Assembly (NCBI RefSeq): GCF_009914755.1
Contig: NC_060928.1
Length of the DNA: 64,000 nucleotides
From: the human T2T-CHM13v2.0 reference genome, Homo sapiens
Reading direction: 5' to 3' (one strand)
The notes beneath the pieces were generated by a model. The model had not been told where the DNA came from and ran no database searches. It worked only from the letters and a program-made list of their open reading frames with translations. Each line of letters begins with the position of its first letter. Within the stretch, counting starts at the first letter, position 1. The position numbers were made by a program, and so were the translations under genes. This document shows, in pieces, positions 13,667 through 27,079 of the stretch.

Positions 13667-16615
13667 GGTGCCTCTTCAACCTGTTTAATATGACAAGACT
13701 TGCTATAAACTTCTGAATTTTGAGAACAAATAAATACATTAACTTTTGAAAGGCAAAGCTTAAAAGCATTAAAGGAAAATAAAACCTAATGATATCTTAA
13801 ATAATTTGGGTTCCAAAAAATGACCAACAAATTGTTATGAGAAAAATACATGATAAATCAACTGAATGAATGAAAATGAATAGCAATGTTATATATTCAT
13901 TTTAATGAAATGGAAAATAAAGGAAAATGCAACCATGTTTATCTTGGGTTTAAATCAGTATTCATTCACTGCTCTGTTTTAAAGTACTTTATGGTTATGG
14001 TTGTTTTACAAACCATGGCAGCTCAATCTCTATTTTATTTAGAAAAGCAAAAATATGTCAAAAATAAATAAAAGTTATACAAAACAAGCAATAATTTTTA
14101 GAGAAATAATGCAAACTTCAATTACTTCTAATATTATTTAACACTGAATATCAATAATCAGCTTCTCTAAAATAATTATGTCTTATATTGATCCTTTCCC
14201 AAACATATTTCTTCCTTTCACAGGATATTAAACATCTGATTGGGTCAATATAAAAAAATAACTTCTAACATTTACTTTAAGAATTTTTCAACTTAAGTTT
14301 AAGAATATAGCAGAATAAAGCTTAAAGAAAAGAAATGTTGAAGCAATCAAACACTTAGTAGTTTTAATTCCTGATTTCCAAAACTTATCAGAGGGAAAAA
14401 TTAAAAATGGCCTATACATATTTTAGACTGTTATGTTCAATATAAAAATTCAGATGTAACAGACACCTTATTTGGAAATTTGGTAGATAGAATCTGTCAG
14501 GGTTGATCACAACTTGGAGAAGAGACCCAGAGACTGTTACATTGGGCTTGGGACTATGAGAATTTTATTTACTTAAAAAAAGTATGGAGAATTTAAATGC
14601 TCAAAATTTGCTATTTTAGGACACATGAAACTGAAGTAATGACTTTTATAGCTGCCTAACTACCTCTCATTTGTAGTTTTAAAATATTAAAATTAAGAAT
14701 ATTGGAAATAAATAAATGATACCCTAAAAATTTCTCTTCCAACTGTGTGAAAAATACAACAGTTTCATGTTACTATCACCTCTCCTATTTTTCTTGTCTT
14801 AACAAGACTTTGCTAGTTCCAAATTCTTAAGTGTTCTGAGTAGTCATGACATTATCATTCTGTATTTGTGATAGAATGACTAGCCTTAGATAGCTCATAG
14901 AAATTGTTATTCATTTCTTGCTTCATGATGTTCAGGGTACAATATGTACCAACACTTTTTTCTCTGTTTTCCTTCCTGCAGCTGATCTGATATTAAAGTG
15001 CTGGCTTTAATAAGTTTCCACTTCAGTCTAAAATAGATAATGTAAGAAACCAGAAAGCAGAGGCTGCCAAAGCTCACTGTTTCCTGAAACCAGATTGCTA
15101 TTTTACTTCTTCCATTGTGAGAAAACACAGGCCTGCAGAACCTGCCCCACCTCTTCCTCAGAGTCAATTGCACCGTCTGTGATCCAGTCACTTCACTGAG
15201 GAAGTGCTCTATGTTGAGGGCTATCATCCAATTTCACTTCTTACTTTATTGTTTGCTTTTTTGTTTAAATTTCATTGCTTTCACATCTGGCTGGTGCAGC
15301 TTTTATGTGGTATTAAAAGTATGTGTCCAAATATGTGTCCCAGATGAACATCCTGTTTGCCTTTTGATTTAAATTTCTGTTTAGTAAACCTTTGTGGTTT
15401 GGATACAGTGAGGAGTATTTTCGGCAGAACTCCCTACCCACTTCCTCAAAAATAATGACTCCCCTGTCCATTCCTCCCTTCCTTACGTCCTCTGCTAAAT
15501 TAATACTGTCTATCAGATGCATTCTTAGTGATATTCAAGAATATTACCTCCTCTCATGGTGATAAAAATCTATATCTAAAACATTACCGTTTCAGAAGCT
15601 CTTTCCACAAAAAGGCTATTTTACATGCTCTGTCATTAGCAGCAAATTGAAAATGTACCCATCAGGCCCTGGTAGAAAAATAACCAGTTTTTGAATTATG
15701 AGATATTTGCTTCATTCAGAGAAACATAAACAATGGCTTTTGAAAAAATAGGTTAGCAACTGTATTTTTTCTAGTCAAAATCAGAAAAGAAATATGGTTA
15801 AGGTATTTTAAAAATATTTCCTGCAAATTGGTCACAGAAATTCTATCACAGATGAATATATTTACTTGACATATTGCATAAAATTATTTTTTTAAATAAC
15901 TGTGGTTTAAGCCAATTTTTTTGAAGCAAAATCTTTGGTTGTTCTTGGCATTTCTTAATTTGCTTACTTGGGGGTATTCTCCCCAAATCCACACATATAA
16001 TTTTCATTGCCTCTAAAAGGGGTTATGAACACACATCTGAAGGAGAATTGACCACTTGTTTTTTGATGTTTTAAAGCCAACTAAAGCATAAACCTCTTGT
16101 TTCCTTTCTGATCCCAGGCTTTTTCAATAAGAACAATGCTTATGCAAGATTTCCTAGGGGGATTTTGTGGTTTGAGGTTTTAATAATCTAGGCTAAAATT
16201 CAAATAGGAACCACAGCTGCTTGGATAAGACTCTTAGACCTTTTCATTTGAACTGTAGTGAACTTACCAGAATTTTTAACTATTCTGAGCTCTATCTGAT
16301 ATACAAGCAGGGCATGTGGTAGCTGTATTTCCCACATAAGAATATCTGTATACTTGCAAATTGTATAAAATAATATAAAATAATATGCATGTTTCCTTAA
16401 ATACTTGTTAACTTGTTTAAAACAGATTTGACTCTTTTAAACAGCGATGAATATTGGTGTTCTGATTCAGTAAGGGGAAGCTATGAAGAATACTTTAACA
16501 ATTAGATCTTCAGGACTGTTAAAATAGAATCTCTTCATTTTCTGAAAAAAAAAATAAGCTATGTCTTTGCTATATTACTCTTTCATGATACTTTTTATAA
16601 AATTGATTTTGTATA

Positions 16616-16950
16616 CAGATGCCCCTTTACTTGATGGGGTTAAGTCTCTATCTTTAAGCCAAAAATGCACTTAATACACCAAACCTACTGAGCATCATAA
16701 CTTAGCCTAGCCTAGCTTAAATGAGCTCAGAAAACTTACATTAACCTGTAGTTAGACAAAATTATCTAACACAAAGCCTATTTTATAATAAACTGTTGGA
16801 TATCTCATGTAATTTATTGAATGCTATACTGAAAGTGAAAAACAGAATGGTTGTATAAGTACTCAACATACAGTTTCTGCTGAAAGCATTTTGCTTTTTC
16901 ACCATTATAAAGTTGAAAAATAGTAACTATTGTAAGTCAGTGACCATCTG
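16616..16950 (+). mobile_element. MER47A (TcMar-Tigger non-autonomous DNA transposon)
   Basis: TA|CAGATG...CATCTG|TA terminal inverted repeats with TA TSD. Internal TTAGCCTAGCCTA and AAAGCCTATTTTATAATAAA match the recalled MER47A consensus. Confidence 0.85.
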
Positions 16951-16997
16951 TACTTCTAAAATAGTAGTATTGTGTTTAAAATGTAAGATTTATTGAA

Positions 16998-17753
16998 GAA
17001 TCTAGGCTTTACCGATGCCACTGGCCAACCAGAGTCCCCTGTTACCAGCCATGGTCAACCCCACCGTATTCTTCTACATTGCCATCCCTGGTGAGCCCTT
17101 GGGCCCCAACTCCTTCGGGCTGTTTGCAGAAATAATTCCAAAGACAGCAGAAATATGTAGTGCTCTGAGCACTGGAGAGAAAGGATTTGTTATAAGGGTT
17201 CCTGCTTTTGAAGAATTATTCCAGGGTTTATGTGTCAGGGTAGTGAGTTCACATGCCATAATAGCACTGGTGGCAGGTCCATCTATGGGGAGATATTTGA
17301 TGAGGACTTCAACTTGACGCATACAGGTCTAGCATCTTGTCCACAGCAAATTCTGTACCCAACACAAATGATTCCCAGTTCTTCATCTGCACTGCCAAGA
17401 CAGAGTGGTTGGATGGCAAGCATGTGGTCGTTAGCAAGGTGAAAGATTGCATGAATATTGTGGAGGCCATGGAGCGCTCTGAGTCTAGGAATGGCAAGAC
17501 CAGCAAGAAGATCGCCATTGCTGACTGTGGACAACTCTAATAAATTTGACTTGTGTTTTATCTTAACCACCAAATCATTATTTCTACAACTCAGGAGAGC
17601 GCCCCTCCACCTCATTTGCTCGCAGGGTCCTAGAATCTTTGTGCTCTCACTGCAGTCCCTTTGGCTTCCATATTTTCCTTATTCCCTTCCATGCTTAGCT
17701 GGATTGCAGAATTAAGTTTATAATTCTGAAACAAAAACTAAATAACAAAAAAG
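16998..17753 (+). pseudogene. PPIA: Processed pseudogene of peptidyl-prolyl isomerase A (cyclophilin A)
   Basis: Intronless. ATG at 17051 gives [11 protein letters not shown]...PKTAE...ALSTGEKGF, other frames give MCQG..FT.HN.TGG.SIYGE and [19 protein letters not shown]...[15 protein letters not shown] (TAA 17538-17540). Frameshifts at ~17190 and ~17330, in-frame TGA at 17209-17211. Carries 5'/3' UTR and an A-rich tail. TSD is AAGATTTATTGAA (16985-16997) / AAGATCTATTGAA (17754-17766). Confidence 0.97.
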
Positions 17754-19256
17754 AAGATCTATTGAACAGTCTGTTCACCAAGTTCCTGAAGTATGAAATA
17801 CATTAAATTATAGCCATCAGGTATATTTAAATGAGGCTCCAATGTTCATATGAAAGGTAAACATTCAGAGTCTATCACAGTGTTATAACATTATTTAAAC
17901 ATTTATTTAATCAACAAATGACTGCATACTGAGGAATTTACAAGTAGAGAATATAATAGAGAGAAAGTTTATGAATGGTCCAGCACTAAATTTAGGTGAA
18001 GGGCCTAATCCAAAGAGGAAAACTTTTAGAGCTGGGAAACCTTAGATGACTTCAGGGCTCCTTTTCAGGGCATAGAGCCTCAAAGATGTTGGGTCTGCAG
18101 CCTGGGAGGCATTTCTCTGGGAAAACATAGCCTTGGAAGGATACCAGGCTTGAAGGTCTCTGCCCTTGCTGGGTATCAGCCCCGTGTGCCTTTACACACA
18201 GTGAAACTTAGTGGTTCTCACCTAACCAGTAGTTTGCAAAGTTTTCTACAGAATCTTATATGTTTACAGAATTGTATGATGGATTTCCATAGGGAGAGGG
18301 GTGTTCTCTGTTGATGAGTAAGTAGGATCTGGATATCTCCTTCAATTTTTGCCAGAACTGTTCCACATTTTATCAGCTTTATATTAATTTTCTGGTTAAG
18401 ATTTAATTTAAACCCAGCCTTTGAAGAAATGAAAAAGGACAAGTTTAATTTCTTGCATTATAGAGTATTAAAAGAGTCATAGCCTACCACATATTTCCTA
18501 TGACCCCTAACTCTGAATACGAATGGTTAATAGATCGCCCATGTTATATTATGGCCAAGGTAGTGTGTGGGACTCAGATGACACCAGCTGAATCCCAACA
18601 CTTCAGAATTAGACATTACACTAAACTGTTGGCAAGCATGTGCTAAAAGAAAATTTGGTAGATAACAGGTACAAATGATAAATGGCTTCTTGAAAAGAAA
18701 TCAACCAAAATGTTAGGGTTGTTAAGATAAATGTTAAGATTTATTATCCTGGCAACTACAGATACAAATCAAAGCATCTTCTGTCACTTTGGTCATCTAT
18801 AAGCCCTCTGCATTGGATTTCCTTTCTCTACTGGTTGGTTCGGTAATGCTTTCTCACTATTCCCAGATAAAATATTACTGATAATTAATTTTAAGTTTTT
18901 ATAAAAGAATATGAAATCAGCTGTTTCAAAATCTGGGTGTACATTCTAAAGGATAGCAGGATTCTCTGCTCCTTCAGAAATATGCTTTCCTAGAACAATA
19001 GGCTTTGAAGACCATTCTCACTGTTCTCCAACTTGTGAATGCAGAGACAAATGAAGGACAGCACTTTCTAGGGATAGATATTCCTTGAATGGCTTGCTTT
19101 GACAACTGCAAAAACTCTCTGCATGAATATCCCATTTGAACCCCTACACTAAGAGACTTGACCAAATTTTAACACAACTTCCGGTAGCTTAAGGCCACTT
19201 TGCTGGAACAACCTAGCCCCCATTTCAAGTTTCAGTCTGTCTGAAAATCTCAAGGC

Positions 19257-19743
19257 TGTCAAAAGAAGTTAGTGTTTGTTTTAGGCAATACCTGACCATA
19301 GGTCCCTGACCTCTCTTTCTTAGCATTTGCTGAAAGGGACTTACAATATTGAATTTTCCACTGTCCTTTTGAGATGTATATGTATCTCCTACAACTCAAG
19401 AGTGTCTTTCTAAGGATCCGAAAGCCATTCCTTTGAAATATAATCATTGGGAAAGACAGGGCCTCTGTCTCACAGTCTCTGGGGGAGGATAGAATCCTAA
19501 CTTCCATAATTGACAACTAGCAGACAGAGCTTCCCTAATCACATTTGTACTGACCAACACTTTGTAATTTTTCAATTGAGTCCCCTCTTCTTCTCCCTCC
19601 CTACACCCCATTCTCCCTTTAAAATTCCATATCATCTTTCAGCAAATTGGAATGAAGCTTAGCTCTTTTCCTTACTGTCAGTAGTTAGAGAATACAATAT
19701 TTTCAACACTTTAACTAACGTCCAGCTTTGTGTATCTTTGAGA
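19257..19743 (+). mobile_element. ERV1-class solo LTR, MER34-like
   Basis: TGTCAAAAG start and TATCTTTGAGA end. AAGCCATTCCTTTGAAAT.TAATCA, GGGCCTCTGTCTC.CAGTCTCTG and CCTAATCACATT motifs recalled from MER34. Confidence 0.6.
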
Positions 19744-20459
19744 GTTTTAAAAGAGGAAACAATGATCTGGCTCTTGAGGGAGATTGTGGAAAATGGTCTG
19801 TGAGGAAACTGAAGCTTAGCATTGAGGGACCTTGGTTTTCAGGAGCTTACTAGCAATGCTGGAGAGTAGTTCAGCAAGTCCTTGAGGGTGATGGGGCTGT
19901 CTTTGATAAGAATCCAAGAACATGTTACTTGATTCATACACAAGAGGCATAGAATCAGGAACTACAAGAGATAGGAAGTCTGGTGGAAGGTGAGTTAATT
20001 ACCAAGAAGTTATCTCCCAAATTGGAAAAGACCTGATAGGTTTGAAAATTGTTGAGATAGTTTAGCTGTAGTTTGCATACTCTGACAATAGTTTGAGGCC
20101 CCAGAGGGAAGAAAAGGCTTTAAACTCTAAGTAACTCTGAAAGCATTAACTTTGGAAATCCTCTGGAGTGAGGCAGGCTAGGAGAATCAAGTTACATGGG
20201 CTGCCATTTAATCAACATAAAGAATGATATCATTCCATGGAAATCTCTGAAAAGCAGTCATGAACAAAGCATGAGACAATGATAATAAAGGATAGGATTA
20301 TTAGATATCTCAATCAGCAAGGACCATTGAGAAAAACTAAAAAGGAAATGTCTCTTAGTTACCATGTCCAATGTGCAATAGGTAAGAACTTACCAATTTT
20401 CTTTCAATTGTTATGTGAAAATTATTTATACTTTTGAAAAGCTTTTTCCAGATCACGCC

Positions 20460-20814
20460 TGTGTTAGTCCATTTTTATGTTGCTGATAAAGACATAACTG
20501 AGACTGGAAAGAAAAGGAGGTTTAATTTGACTTACACTTCCACATGGCTGGGGGGGGTCTCATAATTATGGTGGAGGGCAAAAGACACTTCTTACATGGC
20601 GGCAGCAAGAGAGAATGAGTAAGAAGCAAAAGCGGAAGTCTCTGATAAACCCATCAGATCTAGTGAGACTTACTCACTATCACAAGAATAGCACGGGAAA
20701 GACCAGCCCTCATGATTCAACTACCTCCCCTTGAGTCCCTCCCACAACACGTGGAAATTCTGGGAGATACAATTGAAGTTGAGATTTGAATGGGGACACA
20801 GCCAAACCATATCA
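20460..20814 (-). mobile_element. THE1 solo LTR (THE1C-like)
   Basis: TGTGTTAGTCCATTTTTATGTTGCTGATAAAGACATA...GGGGACACAGCCAAACCATATCA. 5-bp TSD is ACGCC/ACACC. Confidence 0.93.
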
Positions 20815-21759
20815 ACACCCAATATTGTACTTCTTTTAACAGATTCAGTATGGATTAGAGGAAATGTAATGTTAAACATTGGGTATGTAAAACATGAATA
20901 ATATTTCTTTGCTGGTTAAATATTGCCAGTGAGATTTCATTGGATTGGTACCGAACATGTCTAATTTTATAGTTGTTATAATGATTTGGATAAGGAGGAC
21001 ATAGTCACAACTAAGCTCTTCAGTGAAGCAAAGTATGCAGTTTTGTAGCTACATTTCAGAACGATTTGATAAGGCTGTATAAGTAGGTACAATAATATGA
21101 TGACCAGTTACCTAAAGTATCATATTTCATCTATATAAAAGTTATAACTGGATGTTGCAAAGTAGAAAAGAGTTATTCTTACTTTGCCAGATATGTCATG
21201 AGAAAAAAGACATTGCTGAGTATAAATAAACATTTTGAGCCCAAATGAATGAGAGAATCATTTTTAGCCAGGACCCAGAAGTTTATAAGAATGATCAAGA
21301 TAGAGGGTGGAGACAACCAACACTGTAGTTTGGGAAAGTCCAAGATTTAATCATTAACAATTTCAGCTGCATCTTCCTCAATCTTATTGCAGTTTACATC
21401 AGTTCCTTTTTCATGAAAACTCTGGCATTTGTTTGGTTTGTCTTTTACTTTTCAACCATCAGGTCCTTTACTTTTCGGACTCCTCTTTTTCCTATCCCCC
21501 AAAATGGGCTGTTCCTTAAGATCCTATTTTCAATTCTCTTCTTCCACTACAGGCTTTTATTTAAACATTTTATTAATTTCATTAAATGTATTAAAGCAAA
21601 TACATTCAAAGCTCTGGCACTGTCTTTGCACATATTATTGTTCACTGGATGGTAGTAGATAATATTTCTCCCTCTGATATTTCTTCTACTACTATAAACA
21701 ATCACAGGAGCTGCTGCCCCTTAACCACGGTGAACCTGTCTCAACACCGGTGAATTAGA

Positions 21760-21835
21760 TGTAATATCTACTTCATAGGATTAGCTTGAAGACCAGATGA
21801 GTCAATATATAAAAAGTGACTAAGCAAACTGCTTA
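21760..21835 (+). mobile_element. MIR 3' fragment
   Basis: ATCTACTTCATAGGATT...GAAGACCAGATGAGTCAATATATAAAAAGTG resembles the MIR 3' half. Confidence 0.5.
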
Positions 21836-23290
21836 GCCTGAAAATAATCTATTTCTTTTTCTACATTTGCTTCTTGTTTTGACCTATCACATGAGGGTGA
21901 TTCTCAGGTTGTTCTCCATTTTAAATTGCTCTCCCCCACCCCTCCTTTTTTTAAAAACAAAAAAAGTATTAAAGGTCTAAATTGCTGTTGAACATCCCTG
22001 ATTTGAGTTTATTTTTAAATAAGAAAATCTTTCTTTGGCTGTTGAGATGGAAACATTATTTCTGTATGCTAAAAATATTTCATAATAGAAAGAGGGAGAA
22101 AAAGCAAAAATAAGAACTCATTAACTTTCCATTTATATCTACATTTTTTCCTGACTTTTCTTTTTCCTTTGGGAGTTCTACCATCTTTTGTGCTGCAAAA
22201 GTTGATATTTCAGCTTCAATTTTTGAAAATTGATAATTTTTCTTATTACATAGCAATATATGTTTCATGATATAAAATTCATAAAATAGGACTAATAAAA
22301 AAAGACTATAAAGAAACTCCTAAAATTTCACCAACCTGAGGTGATATTTTGATGTATATCCTCCAGGTACATACGGTATATGTATTTGTATATTGAATAT
22401 GTATATCATTTTATCAACTGCTTTGTTTCATTTAAAACATAGAAATATTATCTACACCATTTCTCAAATTACATGTGTAGCTGATTATAATTCCATTTAA
22501 CTTGTTTATAATATTATAATAAACAACCTATAGCAAAATTTTATGTCATTTTGACTTAAAAAATTTTTCTCCACCATATTCTATTTTTGTTTTGATTTTT
22601 TTTGCAAAATTTTCCTACATATATTTTGTTTATTTCCACTGTTATACTAATGTATTCCTTTTACTTATTGTGAAGGCTAGTAAAATAGAGTAATTCAATT
22701 CAGCTTTTTAACTGAGAATCTACTGTAGGTCAGATATGTTAAGTACTAAGTTAAGTAAAGAAAGATGAATAAGAAAAAATTCTTTCTTTACACTGGTAAC
22801 AGAGATAGAAATGAAACTTTTAATGCAGTGTGGTGTATGTGATACAAAGTGCTTGCAGAAAGCAATTATTGGAGTAATGAGTAGAAATTCTACTCACAAG
22901 TATACATTTAATATGTTACACATTTTATGAAACATATATACATTTTTAAGAATTGTAGTGTGCTATTAGTTGGTATATTTTGAACTATTACAATTAAATA
23001 TTAAACATTATTAATATTTTAAGTGTTAAAGATCAAACAACACATCTCAATAAATTTAAAAAACATTATATTAATGAAGCACACCTATAATCATAAAAGA
23101 GAAGTGACTTATAATTTATTTTTAAATAAAAGGAGCATTGAATCTATACATATGTTAACACTCATGGAGTCAATACCCAACCAAGACTGGGGAGATGTGG
23201 GGATGGGGAATATGAAAGTTGTGCAAATGTCAAATACCTAGTTCATTTGAAATTCAAACTTAACTTCGTGTTTTGTATTTTTATTTGTTA

Positions 23291-23363
23291 TTAGGTTGCT
23301 GCAAAAGTAATTGCAGTTTTTGCCATTAAAAGCAATTACCAAATTACTTTTGAATCAGCCTAA
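23291..23363. mobile_element. MADE1 (Hsmar1-derived mariner MITE)
   Basis: TA|TTAGGTTGCTGCAAAAGTAATTGC...AATTACTTTTGAATCAGCCTAA|TA, a palindromic MITE with TA TSD. Confidence 0.9.
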
Positions 23364-23399
23364 TACCTCTGTCAATCGTAAGTCTAGGCTATCTCACTG

Positions 23400-23830
23400 A
23401 GGGTAGAAAGCCTGACGTGAGATATGAAGGATGAGAATGACCATAAGAAAAGCTAGGATACTGCAGGAAACAGTAAGTGCAAAGTCCTTACAGCAGGTAA
23501 GAGATTGGCCTGCTCCACAAACAGAGAAGGAGTGGGCACTGGAGCACAATGAACAAAAGAATGTTGGAGAAACAGAAGTTCAATAAGGTCACCAGAGAGA
23601 GGGAACAGCAAAGAAGGAATGATGATGCTACTTGTCAAATTCATAGAACACATTGAAGAAAATGCTGTGGATATTAATGTATTTCAATCAGGGGATCAAA
23701 AAACCAAAATCATATTCCAGAAAAAGCATATTGACAGTAGTGTTTAGGAAAGATTGGAGAAGATTAAGGGTGAAAGCAGTTAGTTTCAGTTAGTCATGTG
23801 AACAAAAGAGGAGAGCCTGCATTAACAAAG
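23400..23830 (-). mobile_element. L2 fragment
   Basis: GAGATATGAAGGATGAG...GGAAACAGTAAGTGCAAAGTCCT motifs of antisense L2. Confidence 0.55.
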
Positions 23831-24518
23831 GTAGAAAATACCCTTCATATGAAATGTGAAGTTAAGTTTGAATTTCAGATAAACCAACTAGTTTATATTG
23901 GAAGATAGTGGGTTTTAAATTTCTCATTTGTGATCTACCATTAGAAACATTTTAATCCAGTACAAACTATGTGCATGTGCATGTAAACACACACATATAC
24001 ACACCTATTAAGAATATTACAAAATAATAATGTACTTAGCCTTACAACAGGAAATCCTCTCTGATATTTTTATTCTAATCATATCTATTCTTTCATTAAA
24101 AATCATTGGTAACTACCCACTAATTTTTATATCTACAAATGGATTATGATGAATAATTTAAAAATATTATTTTAAGAACAAATTCAGAGTAATGTCAGCA
24201 AGATGAAAGACTAGGAAGTTACGCTCTCTTTTCCTCACAGAGACACTGAGTAACAACAATAGATGAACCAGAATACCTCCATAAGAATTCTAGAGGTCAG
24301 TCAAAAGGCTACAGTGCCCAGGCCACTGTAAAATCAAGATGAAATCCAGTGAAAGGGTTAAAAAATTTGTAGCATTTGTCATGCCCATTTATGCCCCTTT
24401 CTCTGCATAGCTAGTGCAAAAACAATTAGAAGAAAACCTCTTATACCATGGTCCTTTCTTAGAATGGAAACAAAAGGGTGCACCTTGAATCTAATGCTCT
24501 GGCTTATTGGGGACTGCC

Positions 24519-24913
24519 TGTATTAGTCCATTCTCACACTGCTATAAAGAAATACCTGAGTCCAGGTAATTAATAAAGAAAAGTTTAATTGGCTCATGGC
24601 TACACAGGCTATACAGGGAACATAATGCTGGTATCTGCTCAGCTCCTTGGGAGGTCTCAGGAACTTTACAAACATGGTTAGAGGTGACGGGGGAGTGACC
24701 AATTCACATGCCTGGGGCAGGAAGAAGAGATAGAGGTAGGAAGTGCCACATGCTTTTAAACAATCAGATCTCATGAGAACTCTATCCTGAGAACAGGATC
24801 AAAGGTGGAAATCCACCCATAATTCAATCACCTCCCACCAGGCCCCACCTCCAACACTGGGGACTACAATTGGACATGAGATTTGGGCAGGAACACAAAT
24901 CCAAACCATATCT
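24519..24913 (-). mobile_element. MSTA solo LTR inserted in the L1M 5' region
   Basis: TGTATTAGTCCATTCTCACACTGCTATAAAGAAATACCTGAG...CACCAGGCCCCACCTCCAACACTGGGG...CAAATCCAAACCATATC. Confidence 0.9.
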
Positions 24914-26605
24914 CTAGCCAAGAGACTGGTTTCTATCTCACCTGACTCAGATGCAACCAGTGTCAGAGTATAAAAGCCACTGAAAACAGAAGTAAGTAAC
25001 ATGCTGCAGTTCTGCAGGCAAATGCCAGGGTGAGCAAAAAATCATAAAAAGTTTGAGAGGATTAGAACCTCCAGTTAGCCCAACTGGTGAAAATCTTTCT
25101 TTGCACAAGGTCAGTATGCAAAGACTGGGACTGGTGGTCATTTTTCAAATGAGCAAATCCCAGGAAAAAATTACAATACATACAAAGAAAGAAGAAATTT
25201 GACCACACAAAGGAACAAAATAAAACCTAAGAAACCAACCCTAAGAAATACAGATCTATGAGCTGCCTCATAAAGAATTTGAAATAGTCATCATAGAGAT
25301 ATTCAAGACATTCAATGAACTTTAAAAAAGAAGATCACAGATAGACAACTAAATGGAAACAGGAAAACTGCATGAACAAAATGAGAATATCAACAAAGAG
25401 ACAGAAGCTATTACAAAGCTCCAAGCAAATATTCTGGAGCTGAAAAATACAGAAATTGAACTGAAAAATTTATTAGAAAATTTCAGCAGCAGATTTGATA
25501 AAGCAGAAGAATCAGTTAACTTGAAAATAGGTCATTTGAAATCATCAAATTAGAGGCACATAAAGAAAAAAGAATGAAGAAAAGAAAAAAGAGCCTTGGG
25601 ACTTATGAGTTACTATCAACGGGGCCAATATACACATTACGGGAATCCTAGAATTAGAAGAGGGAGTAAAGGGTGAGATACAGTATTTAAAGAAACAATG
25701 ACTAAAAACTTCCCAAATCTGAGGAAAGAAATGAACTGTCAGTGAAATAAAACAGTCTAAAATCAAAGGCAAAAGAGAGAATCTTGAAAACAGCAAGAGA
25801 AAAATGATTTGTCACATACAAGGGAATCTCAATACGACTCTCTGTGGATTTCTCAGCAGAAACTTTGCAGGCTAAAAGACAGTGGGATGATATTTTTAAA
25901 GTACTGGGGCAAACAACAATTGTTGACCAAGATTACTGTATCCAGCTAAATAATCCTTCAAAATTGAAAGATAAATCAAGATTTTCTGCAGAGAAACAAA
26001 ACCTGACAGATATTACCACTAGACATGCTCTGCAAGAAATGGTGAAGCAACTAAATCAAGTTGAAACAAACAAACAAACAAAAAACGGTAGACAATAACA
26101 CAAAGCTGTAGGAAAATATAAGGTTCTCCCATAAAGATAAAATCATGAACAAATATAGTAACCTGTACTATTGCAATTTTGATACAAATAATTTAAATGA
26201 CAAAAGCATTTTAAAAACTACAATTGTATGTTAATGGGTACACAGTATATAGAAATGTAATTTGTAAAAATGGTAACATAAATTGGAAGAGCGGAGCTGT
26301 AAAGAGATAGAAGTTTTGTATGTAATTAAAGTTAATTTGTTATAAGTTTAAGATGGAATGCTATAATTTAAAGTGTTTTATGTAATTGCAATCATAGCCA
26401 AACTTAAATGGAAATGGAAAGGAAATAAAAATCACTATAGAAAAATCAATAAGACACAAAGGAAGGCAGCAATAGAGAAAAGAAGGGACAAAATCCCATG
26501 GAATAACAGAAAACAATGAACAAAATGGCAATAATAAGCCTTTTCCTATCAGCAATTACCTTAAGTACAAATGGATTACACTTCCCTATTAAAAGGCATA
26601 GATTG

Positions 26606-26899
26606 GACCAAGCACAGTGGCTTCCACCTATAATCCCCACACTTTGGAAGATCGAGATGCAAGGATCACTTTAGGCCAGGAGATCAAGACCAGCCTGAAA
26701 CCCAGTCTCTAAAAAATTTTCTCAAACTTAGCTGGCATGATGGCATGCACCTGTAGTCCCAGATATTTGGGTAGCTAAGGCAGGAGAATCACTTGAGCCT
26801 AGGAGTTTGAGGCTGTAATGAATTATGTTTGTACCACTGCACTCCAGCCTGGGTGACTCAGCAAGACCCTGACCCTGTCTATTAAAAAAAAAAAAAAAA
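26606..26899 (+). mobile_element. AluJ
   Basis: Dimeric Alu with J-type GGATCACTT..GCCAGGAG and GAGTTTGAGGCTG, and an A16 tail. Flanked by ATAGATTGG direct repeats. Confidence 0.92.
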
Positions 26900-27068
26900 G
26901 ATAGATTGGCTGAGTGAATAAAAACAAAAAAAATTCCACTTTTATGCTATCTACAAGGGACTCACTTTAGATCTAAAGACACACAGGATGAAAGTGAAAG
27001 GATAATAAAAGATAGTCACATTTGTGACTACACAAATATAAGATAAAATAGACTTCAAGGGGGCAGGG

Positions 27069-27079
27069 CCAAGATGGCT
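27069..27079 (+). promoter_or_regulatory. YY1 motif at the L1 internal promoter start
   Basis: CCAAGATGGCT about 10 nt from the L1 5' end. The YY1 site at primate L1 5' ends is established knowledge. Confidence 0.6.

Noticed and set aside
17015-17540. PPIA-like ORFs as a functional retrogene
   Set aside because: Two frameshifts and an in-frame TGA at 17209 disrupt the cyclophilin domain.
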